A stretch of DNA of 50,103 nucleotides, taken from contig ADNK01003010.1 of the NCBI GenBank assembly GCA_000320545.1, positions 1 through 50,103 on the forward strand, given 5' to 3'. Origin of the DNA: Bigelowiella natans CCMP2755. Taxonomy: Eukaryota; Protista; Cercozoa. Below the pieces are notes generated by a model. It was not told the DNA's origin and did no database searches. It worked only from the letters and a program-made list of their open reading frames with translations. Of this stretch, positions 27,268 to 39,932 are shown in pieces. The stretch's first letter is position 1; each line of letters begins with the position of its first letter. The translations under genes were made by a program, and so were the position numbers.

Positions 27268-28240
27268 CAGCACAGCCCGGTCAATAAACAACCCGGTGAC
27301 ATCGGTTCGCACTAGCACAGCGCAATGACACTCCGGATCCGGATTGTCTAGTTGTGTACGTGCGATGATCATTGCAGTGTGCGCGCATCGTTTTGGATCG
27401 TTTGTGAGGCGCTTGCTAGCTTGGTTAAATAGTCAATAGTTTGATGCATGCGGAGCAATCTAGCAATGCTCAGAGCTAGCTAGAGAAGATGCATGCGCAC
27501 AGCTTAGACAGCCTGTGCCATGTGCGTGACTTGCGTGGTACATTTTTTGCAGCTTTAGGTGCATCATTTAGTGGACAATTCCGAGAATCAGAGAACCTGA
27601 CAACGTGCTGCTTTGCGTGCCTGGAACAATCTAGCAATCTGAGACCGTTTCCTTGCTAGCTAGCTAGCTAGCCATCATGTTGTCATTATCACTGGCTAGC
27701 TGGGTCCAACGACAATTTTCATTTTAATTTCAATCCATTCTTTGGTTCTGGCTAGCCGGCATTGCTAGATTGCGCGAGATCTAGAGATGTCAAGGTCACA
27801 ACTCCGTCAATGCTGTGACGAGTGGCATGACCTCTCAATTGAGCACACACCCGCTAAGCTAGCTAGCTAGTAAGCCCGCGCTAGCTAGCGCGCGCCCACG
27901 CGCGTGCGTGTGCTGAAATTTCACAATGATGTGAAACTAGCTAGCTAGTGCATGTGCGCACACCTTCATGAGCTTGCAAAACTTGTGGCACAGCAAATGC
28001 AATTCCAGAACTGCGCTAGCTGTTGCAGAAGTGGCAAGCATTTTGCAATTTGCTCCCGCTGGCAGGCAGTGAATGGTGAGGTTTTGAAGCTGAAATTGGA
28101 AAAAAAATCAAATTTGAACTTCAAACAAGCTCCAGTGTGCTTCCAATGTGCAATTGCAACGATTGAGCGCGCCAGGCCGCGCGCACAAAGCATGCTTTGT
28201 GCAAACCCCAGTCGTTACCGGGTTTGACGGAGTTGTGCTG
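27268..28240. mobile_element. Decayed non-autonomous TIR DNA transposon(s), ends resembling pogo/Tigger-type (Tc1/mariner) TIRs
   Basis: Perfect 14-bp inverted repeat CACAACTCCGTCAA (27797-27810) / TTGACGGAGTTGTG (28224-28237), with imperfect extension to ~30 bp. A third degenerate end, ACAGCACAGCCCGGTCAA (27267-27284), matches the right end at 15/18. No intact TSD and no transposase. Confidence 0.6.
27655..27672. repeat. (GCTA)n palindromic tetranucleotide repeat
   Basis: GCTAGCTAGCTAGCTAGC; similar runs at ~27858-27870, 27880-27889 and 27937-27948. Confidence 0.9.
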
Positions 28241-28691
28241 TCTCCAATTAATTGGTGTTTGACTGACATAGTTTCTGATTTATCAACTGAACTTCAGTGA
28301 ACTTTGAGCGGGGGAAGTTGAGAATGAACATCAAGAGTATATCCTTAAAGGTCCTCCGCGATCATGCCGTTTTGACTAAATCCACCAATAGTGCATGTTC
28401 GATGAATAAAAACCCTTTCATTTCTTCATGTAGCCCCAGGTTAATGCTTTCATTTATATATGGTTCGAATCCGTCCCATTGTCTCTGTTTAATTTTTGGC
28501 ACCAGAGTAGATAGATTGGGACGTAATTTGTTGTATGAACTTTGATATTTCAATCTGGTGCCAAAAAATATCATTTCCTTCATTTTTAAGCGTTAGCTAA
28601 CGGGTGATTCCATATCTATATTACCAAACCGTTATTCAGAGTTTCCATGTTATTCAGTGGCATTTTTGCCAGTTTTCAAGTGGAACCCTTT

Positions 28692-31654
28692 TTAATGGAT
28701 GAGCTTGTTTGTTGGGAGACTAACTGGTGTAGCACCTCTTTGGACGTGATGCATGGTCATCTCACCAAATGATTGACCATCCAATTGAATTTTCATTGCA
28801 TCTTGGAAGCATTTTAGGAAAACTCTAAATTTAAAATCCCTGCGTAAATCATATCTGCTCTTGCTCACCTCATCAAAATCGACAATTCCTACACTCATGA
28901 TCTTTTTCGATTCACTTTCATATTGGTTCATAGCGGATCGCACGATTTTTTCTAAAAAGGATGGATTGGTTCCCATTCCTTGCCGTTGCATCGCATCCCC
29001 TATGTCCCATAGAGTCATGTTTCGATTTACGCACTCCTAAAAAATGGTTCACTCAGGTTCTTTCAATTTGGCAACAACACAGAGGGCCAGACCTTGAGAA
29101 ATAATGTCGTGATGATAACTGTCATTGCAGATGCTTCCTCAAGCCTGAGAGCTCTTAACTTCGCCGCATCAGCAAAAGGGTCCAACAACCGAATGTATCT
29201 CTTTGTCTCTTCAGAAAAAGGAACTCTGGTTTGCTTCCAATGTAGCCACTCGAAATTCACTTCTTCAATCTAAAGTAGAATACCAATTTGGAGTTTTCAA
29301 TGAGGTGAAGGATTTTCCTGATGAAAGCTGTAGGTGTATTTATTTTCTTACGTGTCTAAAGTCTGGTAGTATGTATGCATGGTCGATTGGAATAAGCTTG
29401 TAATCCGAGAAAGAGGATGCGGATGAGGGAGGTGCTGCAGGATCAGCAGCTGACGAATCTTTGCCGTCGTCTCCCCTTTTGGATTTTAACGCCTTCCGCT
29501 GCTGTATTGAGGTGGTTGCTATTCCTGGCTGCTTCATCCTTGAGACGAGAATATTTCCTAGGTGTCTATCTAGATTGCAAAGCCTAATGTCTAAGACGCC
29601 TGAGGGAGAAAGGAAATAATGCAAGAAGGAAGGAATGAGAAATAAAACATTAAATACCAAAAAACAAATTTTAGGCTGTCTTTCGTTTCGAGTTATTTCC
29701 TCTATTTTGGCATCATTGTGCTTTTGAAATAGTTCCTCTGTTTTAATAATAGCAACGTATTTCTGAGATGATGTCGGACCTATTCTATGAACATCTTCGA
29801 CTGAGAACTTCGAAGGGCCTACACGAAACATATCAACAAACATCAAATTTTCTATACAAAACTTTTTGAGCTTCATTGTGCCATTCAGATGCAACTATGA
29901 ATGTGAGAATCAATGCGTTTGCATGACAAGTACCGATGTCTTCAGCACTCCCAATGTTATCAATAAAGGCCTGTAAACTTCCAAATTTTGGAGGGCTTGC
30001 CACATATCTAAACTTGAGGAATCGATCAGATCTATTTTCACCTAACTCATTAGCCCATTTTCCACTCTGTTCGCTAGGAGCTATGGTGCTGGTGGTTTGC
30101 AGGGCCTTATTTTCACGTGCTGCTGCTGCTGCTGCTGGAAGCTGAGGACCAATTTCATTGCGGAAGGGAATCAATGCTTTACTACTCTTCTCTCCTCCTC
30201 CTCCTATTTGCATCATTTTTCTTCGGATTGCGGGGGGCACATAAGAAGTCCTATGCCTTGTTGGTCGCTCGTTATTTTGGGGTGGAGAAGAGGAAGAAGA
30301 CGAGGAAATCTGCTGTTGCTGAATCATCATTCTTCTTCGCAATGCTGGAGGCATGTAAGCTCTCTTTGAGACAAGGGGGGAACCTTGTGCATCATGATGA
30401 CTTTGACGATGACGATAATTCACATTCTTTCCATCACGATGCCGACTATATGATGTGTGTTCGGCGTTGCTACTGAGGCATGTTTCTTGATTCTGTGTAA
30501 ACTTAGTAAGCATTCTTGAATCATCGTGATTCCTCTCTCCACTTGTTTTTTTGAGTGAGACGTCAACGCATTTTTTTTCATATAAAGTCAAATCAGCCAC
30601 GCCCTTTTCGTTCCTTTGAGTGTTTTTCACAGATGATAATAGTTGTCCTCCAGTCACGGTTGTGGGTTGAACTCCAGCCCAGCCCTTCACAGCAACAACA
30701 TTCAAAAATAGAAGGGGATATGTAATGTCAGCCTGGGTCTACTTTTATGAGAACACACAATGCCTTACTCGATCTAAGATGTATGCTGCGAATTCCTTAG
30801 CTGCAGTTTGGCCCCATTTTATTCCTTTCTTTTTGGCCATCCGGACAGTTTTACCGTTCTCGTTTAACGATTCATCAAAAGCCTCCTCATCGTTTGGCCT
30901 GCGACGCGACAGGAGGGCACAAAAATTGATACATGAGGGCTAATTGAGTATGTGCGGTCACATTAATTTATAATTCGAGGCAAATTTAATGGTCACATAA
31001 CTTGAAGATGTATTTTCTGCCCGAATTGTCATGGACTAGATAAGAACCACCCACACCATCGAGGTGATCGTTATCGACATGGAGCAACAGGTTTGAAGAA
31101 CCCTGCCCGTGCTGCAAAACTGGGCCCCTCCCTAATGAGACAGAGCATATGAGGATGATCTGATCAAAGGAAGATTGTTGAATCCTACTTGGTTGGTGTA
31201 TGGTTGTGAGCTCCTTTGAATGACTCGTTCTGGGATGTAGTCTCTCTGAGAAAGCTCTTCGCAGTGTAAGGGGTTCTGTGTGTGATGAAGATGACGATGA
31301 TAGCGCCGCCTCCGCCTCGGCGCGAAAATTGCCACGGTTTACGGGAGAAGTGATGCAGTTTTGGAGCCGAGGTGGTAAAAGATCAGAGCGGGGGGAGGAG
31401 GGGGAGGAAGGGGAGGAGGAGGAGGAGGAGGAGGAGGAGGAGGGGGGGGGGAGTGAAGAGGGGCTAGAGTGAGGGTGTTTGAGGAGGCTATCCTTGTCCT
31501 CAGTTACGGTTGATGAAGGTGCCATGTCATCTGGGGTGTCATAAGCTATTTCTTCCCCAAGTACAGTGATAAGATCTCTTTTTCTCGCAGCTTTCAGTAG
31601 GGCCTGATCATAGTAGATCATGTGTTTTCCTGTTTTGTCGCTGCCTTCTCTCAT
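28692..31654 (-). CDS. Phosphatidylinositol 4-kinase, type II gamma-like
   Basis: GVGGSYLV..KYIFK|PNDEE, AAKEFAAYILDR|GWAGVQPT, KFGSLQAFI, FSVEDVHRIG|VLDIRLCNLDRHLGNILV, LIPIDHAYILP, FEWLHWKQTRVPFS. Confidence 0.92.
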
Positions 31655-31718
31655 TCCTACCTAAAGATACCTCATTACCTGCTAAATATTCTCCCTCGTA
31701 TGAATTTGGTCTCCCTAT

Positions 31719-31814
<96 letters not shown>

Positions 31815-33034
31815 ATATGTTTAGTTTACAAGTGTTTCAAATAATGAATGGCGTGTTTATCAAACAGACAATTAGAATGCTACAAGTGGCCCAATAACTC
31901 AATCAGGATATTGGTATCAGGAGCGCACCACAGATTTCAGGAAAAACTATAATTTCACTTCTCATTTCTCACACATTATACATTGGTACCATTTCATTCT
32001 CTTTCTTCTCGTTTTCTCTCTTCATCCTCTCCTTCTCCTCATTTTTGTCCCCATCTCCTTTCTTCGAGCCAATTGTAGCGGTCTTAGGGGGGTGAAGTGG
32101 AAATGGGAAAAAGGTAAGATTAGCTAGAAGACGGCATGTAGTAGATATGAATGAGTGTTACAATGGCCTCCAAAGGTAGAGTGAGCGGCGAGGGGATAGG
32201 TGAAATCAGAGTGTACAGTAAATACGTGATTCGTAAGGGGACGACTCCAAGGCATATTATTGAGAACTTATGGTAATATAACAATAATATCCACTTTTTC
32301 GAAGCAGTTTTTCCCTCCTTTTTGTTCATCTCTCGTCTTAGATATGCATCGAATCACGTGCACCAAATCGGACACACACCACACACACTTCGGAACTCGA
32401 AAGCATTCGCCTTCCATCTACGTTTTCTCTCATCGTCGCACCGCAACATGGTGGGAAACAATAGTGCTGCTACCTTGGTCAAACACCCCATACTGCTCTT
32501 CTCTTCGTTGGCAACTGCTACCATCATCCCTCACCTGAGGAACGTTGGAGCTGCAGATGAACTTCTGGTGGGGGCGAGAAAACTTCCAGAATGTCTGACA
32601 CTCGCGAGAGCATCGAGAGATCATGATCAGTTGCAATCAAACATTCTTATTTCCATTGTCGCAGGGTAAATTTGCAGTAATATTCCAATTTACTACGGAA
32701 TCCTTGAAGATGAATTTCGGTTAGAGTGTGAACTGCCCAAGGTGAAGTTCAATGTTCATCAGATTTCAATGTACCCCGAAGTTCGAGGTCAACGTTCGCT
32801 TGGAAACAGAAGTCACCTGCGACGAGGTGTGTCTTTTGTCGCCCCATGAAAATGCAGAATGTTTTGAAGCGACCAAAACATTGTTGTCGCAATCTCGCAA
32901 AGTCCTTCAAAATCAAGTGGTTTTGCACCTCGGCTCGGAATGTGATGAGCTCTGTAGCCCTCATCTACTGACGCTTCTCGACACGTTTCCTTGTCCGGCA
33001 GGGGGAGTGCATGCAGCTCATCAACTCTAGAACT

Positions 33035-33230
33035 GTGGACCCACTGCATGGATGTTGAGTTTTCCCAATCGAGCATCAGTTGGAAGCACAAGGACGGGCG
33101 CAATCTGCTGCAGAGCCTTGTCCAAGCTTTGAAGAATGGCCCTGTCAAGTGGAGCGATTTGCCCACCATCCGAGTGGTCTTGCTAGTGGTGATGGTCGAT
33201 GGAAAAATGGTGTCACTTGACAACCGTCTG
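33035..33230 (+). pseudogene. Relic of a ParB-like (toxin-type ParB/Srx fold) domain
   Basis: VDP[frameshift]DVEFSQSSISWKHKDGRNLLQSLVQALKNGPVKWSDLPTIRVV[4-aa insertion]MVDGKMVSLDNRL resembles the remembered pattern DP-DIRFSQ-SIS---DGR--L---L--G------LP-IRV----G---SLDNRRL; frameshifted and truncated. Confidence 0.6.
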
Positions 33231-33718
33231 CAGCAGTGCGGGCATTCTCAGTCTGTCACACGCTAGCACGCTGGCTAGCTGGCACGCACGTCTAGACGTG
33301 CGCACCATTCTAGCATTGTCCAGATTGTGCGCGCATCGTGCATGTTATGCGGCGATCGTGGAAATTATGAGTTGCAGAGCGTTGCATGGCGCTCTCCAGC
33401 ACTGTTGTGGTGGACTGCAACTATGAAAAACGCGCTGTGTGTGTGCAATGATGCGCTAGAATGCAGTGCGTGTCGCAGTGTGCATGGTCTAGTAGTGCCC
33501 ACTAGCATCAGAGACAATGCTAGAATGTGATGTAACACATGTACCACATCGAGGTATGCAAGCATGCTTCACATCAAGTGTAGGTTAAGCGCTGTAGCCG
33601 CGGCTCTGCGCAAAGCAAACAGCTACATTAGAATGACAATTAAAGTCGTACGCATGTTAAACTTGGAACATGAAACCACTAAAGTCTAGAAGTTGTGCAA
33701 GAGCAACACACTTGTCCA

Positions 33719-34972
33719 TCAACCACAATGTGATTTCAATGTTCGATCAAAGTGAACTAAAAATGGATAAACATTGTCCGTACCGACACACGCCTTAAGA
33801 AATTCTTCGACATAATCCTGCATTAGGGTATAGCGGATTCCATGAACTGAAAAATATTTCTTCTTGCTTTCCTTCCTTTCTGCGGCCATGGTGTACCTAT
33901 TACTGAATCTTAGGCCGTCACGGGTGATGTCGGAAATGTTGATGGGCGCAGGAGGTTTGATGTGATTAAACAAATCAGCAGCACTTCTCGCAGTTGAATG
34001 GAGCTCCTGCATGAATACCGATACCAAGAAACAAATTAAACGCATATTCGCAAAAATGTAGAAGAACACAAGTGTAACGCTGACTTTCACTTTTAACACT
34101 TTAATCTCCCTCACATGTCATCTTCTTACTCTTGCAAATGAAAGTAGATTTCGAGGAGCAGCTGATATATCAGCACCAGCAGCAGCGTTTTGCCCTTCTT
34201 GATGGGCATCCACAAGCAATCCAGGAGACATCAAATGATCGTTAATGTCGGTAGCAACTCCTTGCTGCAGATGCTCGCACGCTAACTCGCCCACTTTGGT
34301 CCAACTAAAGTGAATCAATGGTGTCAAAGTTTTCTCTCTTTCGAAAAAGGAAAGCGCACAATTATTGTCGCGGAAGATATAGAGTGTAGTAGGAAGTAAA
34401 AGTAGAACTTGTGAGAAAGGAATGAAACAAAACTAGCAAAAGATCGGTATCAACAAAGACTAATCTTTCCCACGCATACTCCTCACATTTCATATGTAGT
34501 AGCTACCTGGCTGCATTTTCAAGCAGTTTTGGGTTGTTTCGAGATGAGTAAGTTTCCATCGGTTCAGAGGACACCTAGTAAAGTGCCGGATGATTTATAG
34601 CCTCAATCTACCGCAGCTCTCTCGTATGTGACTTCCTTCAATCAGATAGGAGAAACCCCCCAAGATCCATTTATTCATTCATTCTCTATCGTGATATTAT
34701 TAACGTATACAATCAATGCCGTTCCGGCCCTGCATCGAAAAACCACAACCTTGCCACGAAATGTAACATATCTTGTGTCAAGAAGGTGGCTGACTACCCC
34801 ACCACGCACCTAACGAACAGAAACATGCACATGTGGAGCGACGATCCGAGAATGCACTCAACGGGAGAGAAAATAGTGTTTCACGATTCATAAGTCGTCA
34901 GTCATCAATGTGCGAATACAAAACACACACACAAACACACACACACATGTAAATATAAATATATTCATAAAT

Positions 34973-35017
<45 letters not shown>

Positions 35018-35252
35018 GTGTGTGTGTGTGTGTGTGTTTGTGTATAAGCAACACTAGAACTACCTCACCAAATACTTCTACTGCTACTACCAACTGCAAT
35101 TGCTACAAGTACTACCACTACCACTAGTACTAAACAGTACCCCGAACAGAGCAAAACCATGATGATTTGGAATTGCTGTCGAGTCAGCAGCGTCATCATC
35201 CTTGTTGTTATTATCATCATTCCTAGCCGAGCCATGCTTTTTATTTCCCTCG

Positions 35253-35286
<34 letters not shown>

Positions 35287-37350
35287 AGATTTGCGCAGCT
35301 GCTCTTTTGACATCGGGATGCCTCGAAACTATTTGCTCGAGATCCAATGAGCACTCGTGAAGAAACAGAAGGAGATATACAGCCTAGAACAGATAGTGAT
35401 TCGAATTCTTACTCACTACTTTTGTTGCAATGCCACTCTGCTATTGCTGTCGTACAGGGCTACTACTAATGGTTTGACAATTGGTAATCTCCATCATCAT
35501 CATTGGCATCATTGTTCACACGACATATAAATAATTAGTTCTCATGCTATTTCTTCTTCTTCTCCTTCTTCTTCTTCTCCTTCTTCTTACCGTAACCACC
35601 CATTTATGAGGAGTGGAAAATGACTGGCGCATTGGTATTGGCAGACGAATTGCCTCCTAAAAACAACAACAGAACAGCAGCAGCAGCAACAACAACAACA
35701 GCAGAATGCACATAAAGGATGATAATTGATAAAACTCAAACTCTGTCGATCCCCCCTTCCTCCTCTGCTACTACTCCTCCCACTACTACTGCTAGTGCCA
35801 CTGCAAACAGCATCTTTACCTTGAAATACAAGAGCTCCGTTGACTCTTTCCACAGAGACACAGATATACTCACATTGCTACGGCAATCATCCTCCTGTGT
35901 TTTGTAGGAAGATGGGAGGGGGGGTAGGAGGAAAGGTAGCAGGGAAAAATACCAATAATCACATGCATCTGTATGCAGTATTCGTAATCAATTTTGCGCT
36001 TATTTGTCATTTGAAACACAATTGCAGCAGCAGCAGCAGCAGGCAGCAGATTTGGTCTATCAACGATATATATAGTAGTAGATAAGGATAAGAATTAATA
36101 TTACTGCATGCTTTCTTCCTCCCACGCTCATCACCATCAATTGCACTATTCGCTTGTAAAGCCCATTACTACTGCTACTGCTACTACTTCTCCTGCTATT
36201 ACCTCGGTCACTTGATACGGATCTGCACCTGGAAATTAATAATATTAAGAAGAAGAAGAAGGAGAAGAAGAAGAAGGAGTAGAAAGAACAAGAATAAGAA
36301 TGTGATGATAAGGATGATGTTGATGGAGGTAGTAGTAGTAGTAGTAGTAGTAGTAGTACCTAGACTCGTCATGTGATGCATCCAAAAGGGTGGTATGTAC
36401 AGCACATCCCCAGGATATCTTACAACAACAAACAACAACAACAACAGCAATACATTGTCATTAATGATACATTAGGTAGGCCAGTATGAAGGTCACGATG
36501 TTAGTTATCTTTGATCATCTGCCCATCTATATACCACCGCTCATGATACTTACTACCGCAACGACGGTGTTAAAGAACAATCAGAAGAATCGAGTACTCA
36601 CAGAACTGCCACGTATCCTGAAATGCCGTATTTCTGCAGCTTTCGAGAATGGCCGGTCATTGAGGAGGTGCTCCTTGGCGACGATGATGATGATGAGAAC
36701 CATGATGACGAAATCCAAGGCAAAGAAAACGGTGCAGAATAAGATGATGATTTCTTCTTCCGTGATGCTCCTCCTTTAGGAATACGCGCGGTTACATTTG
36801 CGCCTTCAATACCATCATCAAATACAAACATCCAACCACAAGTAGTAGTATCATTAGGTGTTGTCTTTCATGTGCTGACTATTGCGAGGCCTAACCAACC
36901 GCTAGAGAATACAATTTGATAAGATAAAGTGATATACACATCTTCTACCTGGGGCATAGAAGAATGACTTGAATACCGGAAATTCGTCAAGATTTGGACT
37001 ATTAAAGTCGACTTGACTTTGCCTTTATGATGATTATGATGATGATGATGATGATTATTTTCACTATTATGAGTAAAATGATGATTACGATTATTATCAG
37101 GATAATGATTATTTTAGCCATAACGTGGTCTAGAAAGCAAGAAAGCATGTGGAGAATATCTGTGTGTCGCAGTTAAAGATGAAGTTGACTTCATCATCAT
37201 TTTCTTCTTCTTCTTCTTCTTCCTCTTCTCCTTCTTCTTCTCCTTCTTCTTCTTTCATTCTTCGTTTTACTCATCAATCAGTCACCTATGATGAGGATGC
37301 AGCCGTGGATACAAATGCCAAGCTTCATGAGTACCTAGTCAAGAATCTAC

Positions 37351-37381
<31 letters not shown>

Positions 37382-37602
37382 GTACACATGATGAGTAATC
37401 AGCACTTTAAATCACACTTCAAAGTATGCATCATCTTCCGATTATATTTACTTGGGGGGAATAGGAATACGCGCTTCCTCCCGAACAGCTGCACATAGAA
37501 GTTGTGCGAGCAATCGTAGTGTATCTGGGCATTAACACTCGTTCCTAGCAGGCAGGGGCGAGGAGGAGGAGGAGGAGGAGGAGGAGAAGGCCAACACATC
37601 AT

Positions 37603-37639
<37 letters not shown>

Positions 37640-38763
37640 ACATATACACACACATGTTGGTAGGTTTAACCCTCCAGCTTACTGCCCTCAAAAAAACCAC
37701 AACACAAAAATAACACATCCCCACGCCGCCAAGATGTTTGCGGTTGGTACTTATTACTACCTCCAATCCAGACATGGTATGACCCGTTGCCATAGTAATA
37801 CCGCTGCTGCATATGAGGAGGAGGAGGATTCGAGCCTATGCCAATAGTAGTAAGTTGTTGTTGTTGTTGTTGATGATGATAATGCAGAAGGAGCAAATCA
37901 ATGACAGATACCGTTAGTTTTATTATAATTGTTATTGTGATGCGAACAACGTCATTAATACTGTGAGGAGGAGTAGTAGTACTAGAAAAAGTAGTAGTAG
38001 TAGAAGTAGTAGTAGTAGTAGCCGCAGAGTATACATGATACCAATACAAGTATCTTCTCCTGAAGTTAGTGCTTGTTTGGTTAACTTACTTCTTTACCAC
38101 CATCACCATCATCATCATCATCATCATCACCACCATCATCACCATTACATAAGCATAGAAATCGTAAATTAGGCATGCATCATCATCTTCCATCCTAAGA
38201 AGAAGATGATGATGATGATGATGAAGAAGAACCTTCTTGATCTGGTTTGTTTTTCCCACTACCATAGAGCTCGTCCATGTCTCCGATGCCTACATTTATG
38301 CATGGAGAGTAGTGAAAGACGCGCTTAGTTTCTACAAAAGATGGTTGCATTACTCACTGCACAAATGATGTGCCAATACCATACGAGATGCAATAACACT
38401 CACAAATCATAACTAGGACACACTTCAATCTTCAATCTTCCTCCTTTAAACGAGGAGGAAGATGGCTGCTTTCATTACCATCAACAACGGTGCGGTATTC
38501 ACTCCAGTCATTGAGATCTCCCGAGTAGTAGCTAAGGTGCATCATAGGATGAGGGAGAGGAGAGGGAATGGGGGGGGGGGGGGTAGAGAGAAAGAGAAGA
38601 GAGAAAGGGGAGGGGTCAGCTGAGAGCAATAATTACCATCGATTAATTGCAAGATTTGATAAGGATGTAAGATGAAAGTATGCGCGTAGGATCAGAAAGA
38701 GAAGACTAACGAACGATCTATGATGACTCTTGATTTCAATATCAAAGTAGTAGTAGTAGTAGT

Positions 38764-38795
<32 letters not shown>

Positions 38796-39011
38796 TAGTA
38801 GTAGGGTGATGAGCGGCATTATCTTACAGATACGGTGATGATCCACTGGAAGAAGAAGAAGAAGAAGAAGAAGAAGAAGGATCTTCGATATCATCACGCA
38901 GCTGCTGACATCCAGCCTAGTAGACACAAAAATAGTTAAATCACAATCACGGTGGCAAACACAGCATTGATGGTAAGGCCCATCATGCCGCCTCCTAAGA
39001 GCCTCCTAAGA

Positions 39012-39047
<36 letters not shown>

Positions 39048-39897
39048 AGATTAGCAGGTTATTGCAAAGTCGTTACTACCATTTCGAAGAAATCAGAGGC
39101 TGTCATATTCTCACGGGGAAGCTGCTCTAAGGCCTGTTGGGATATTATGTGTGTTGGTGAAGTCATCCATCGTAGATTGGCTATGTAGTTGCGGTGATAG
39201 AACAATCTCCCACTACAATGATCGATCCCTGCTAGCACTGCTAGTAGTAGTACTAGCTCCTACCTTCCAGTGTTGCGGAGGATTAGCTTCCTTCTCTGGA
39301 TCCATTGGGAACAGTATAGACGAGCGAGAGTAGTAAACAAACGCTGGGTCGCTGTCGAGATGGTGAGGGGGGGAGGGAGGTGGTGAATGATCAGCTTCAT
39401 ATATACCAGAAGGAAAAGGGGGGAACTGGACAAATATTTGACAGTAGAGGTAGTAGGGTTGCGCAATCCGTTAGCAGTAGTAATTGGTAGAAATTGAGTG
39501 AAAGTTTCTTCTGTGTTTACCACTTTTACTTCTCTTCCACCTACTACTGATGCTACTACTATACTACTACAACAACTACTACTACTAGTACTACTACTAC
39601 TATTCTATATCATGCGTGCGAGAAAAAGACTTTTTGTACTATGATAATTATGTGGATTCAGATATGTGAGAGAAGGATGATGATGATGATGATGATGACG
39701 ATGATGATGATGATACCTAAGCTGCTTTCTCACATTCCTGATCTCTCCCAGATTCTCATACAAGTGTCGAGCCGTCCATTTAAGGTTAGTGTTTTGATGA
39801 TGCTCTTTATCATCATCAGTGCCAACGTCATTAAACTCGCCATCGTCATCTTCTCCATCATACTTGTCACCATCACTGCCCCCATCGTCCTGCTTTT

Positions 39898-39932
<35 letters not shown>

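Noticed and set aside
27952-28227. Overlapping ORFs on both strands inside the transposon relic
   Set aside because: No transposase motifs; open frames are expected once TAA/TAG stops are depleted.
32553-32612. MYND-finger-like CSRECQ..W....H....C on the minus strand
   Set aside because: Only half a motif, in a region where Cys/His codons may be inflated by TA->TG/CA change; could be chance.
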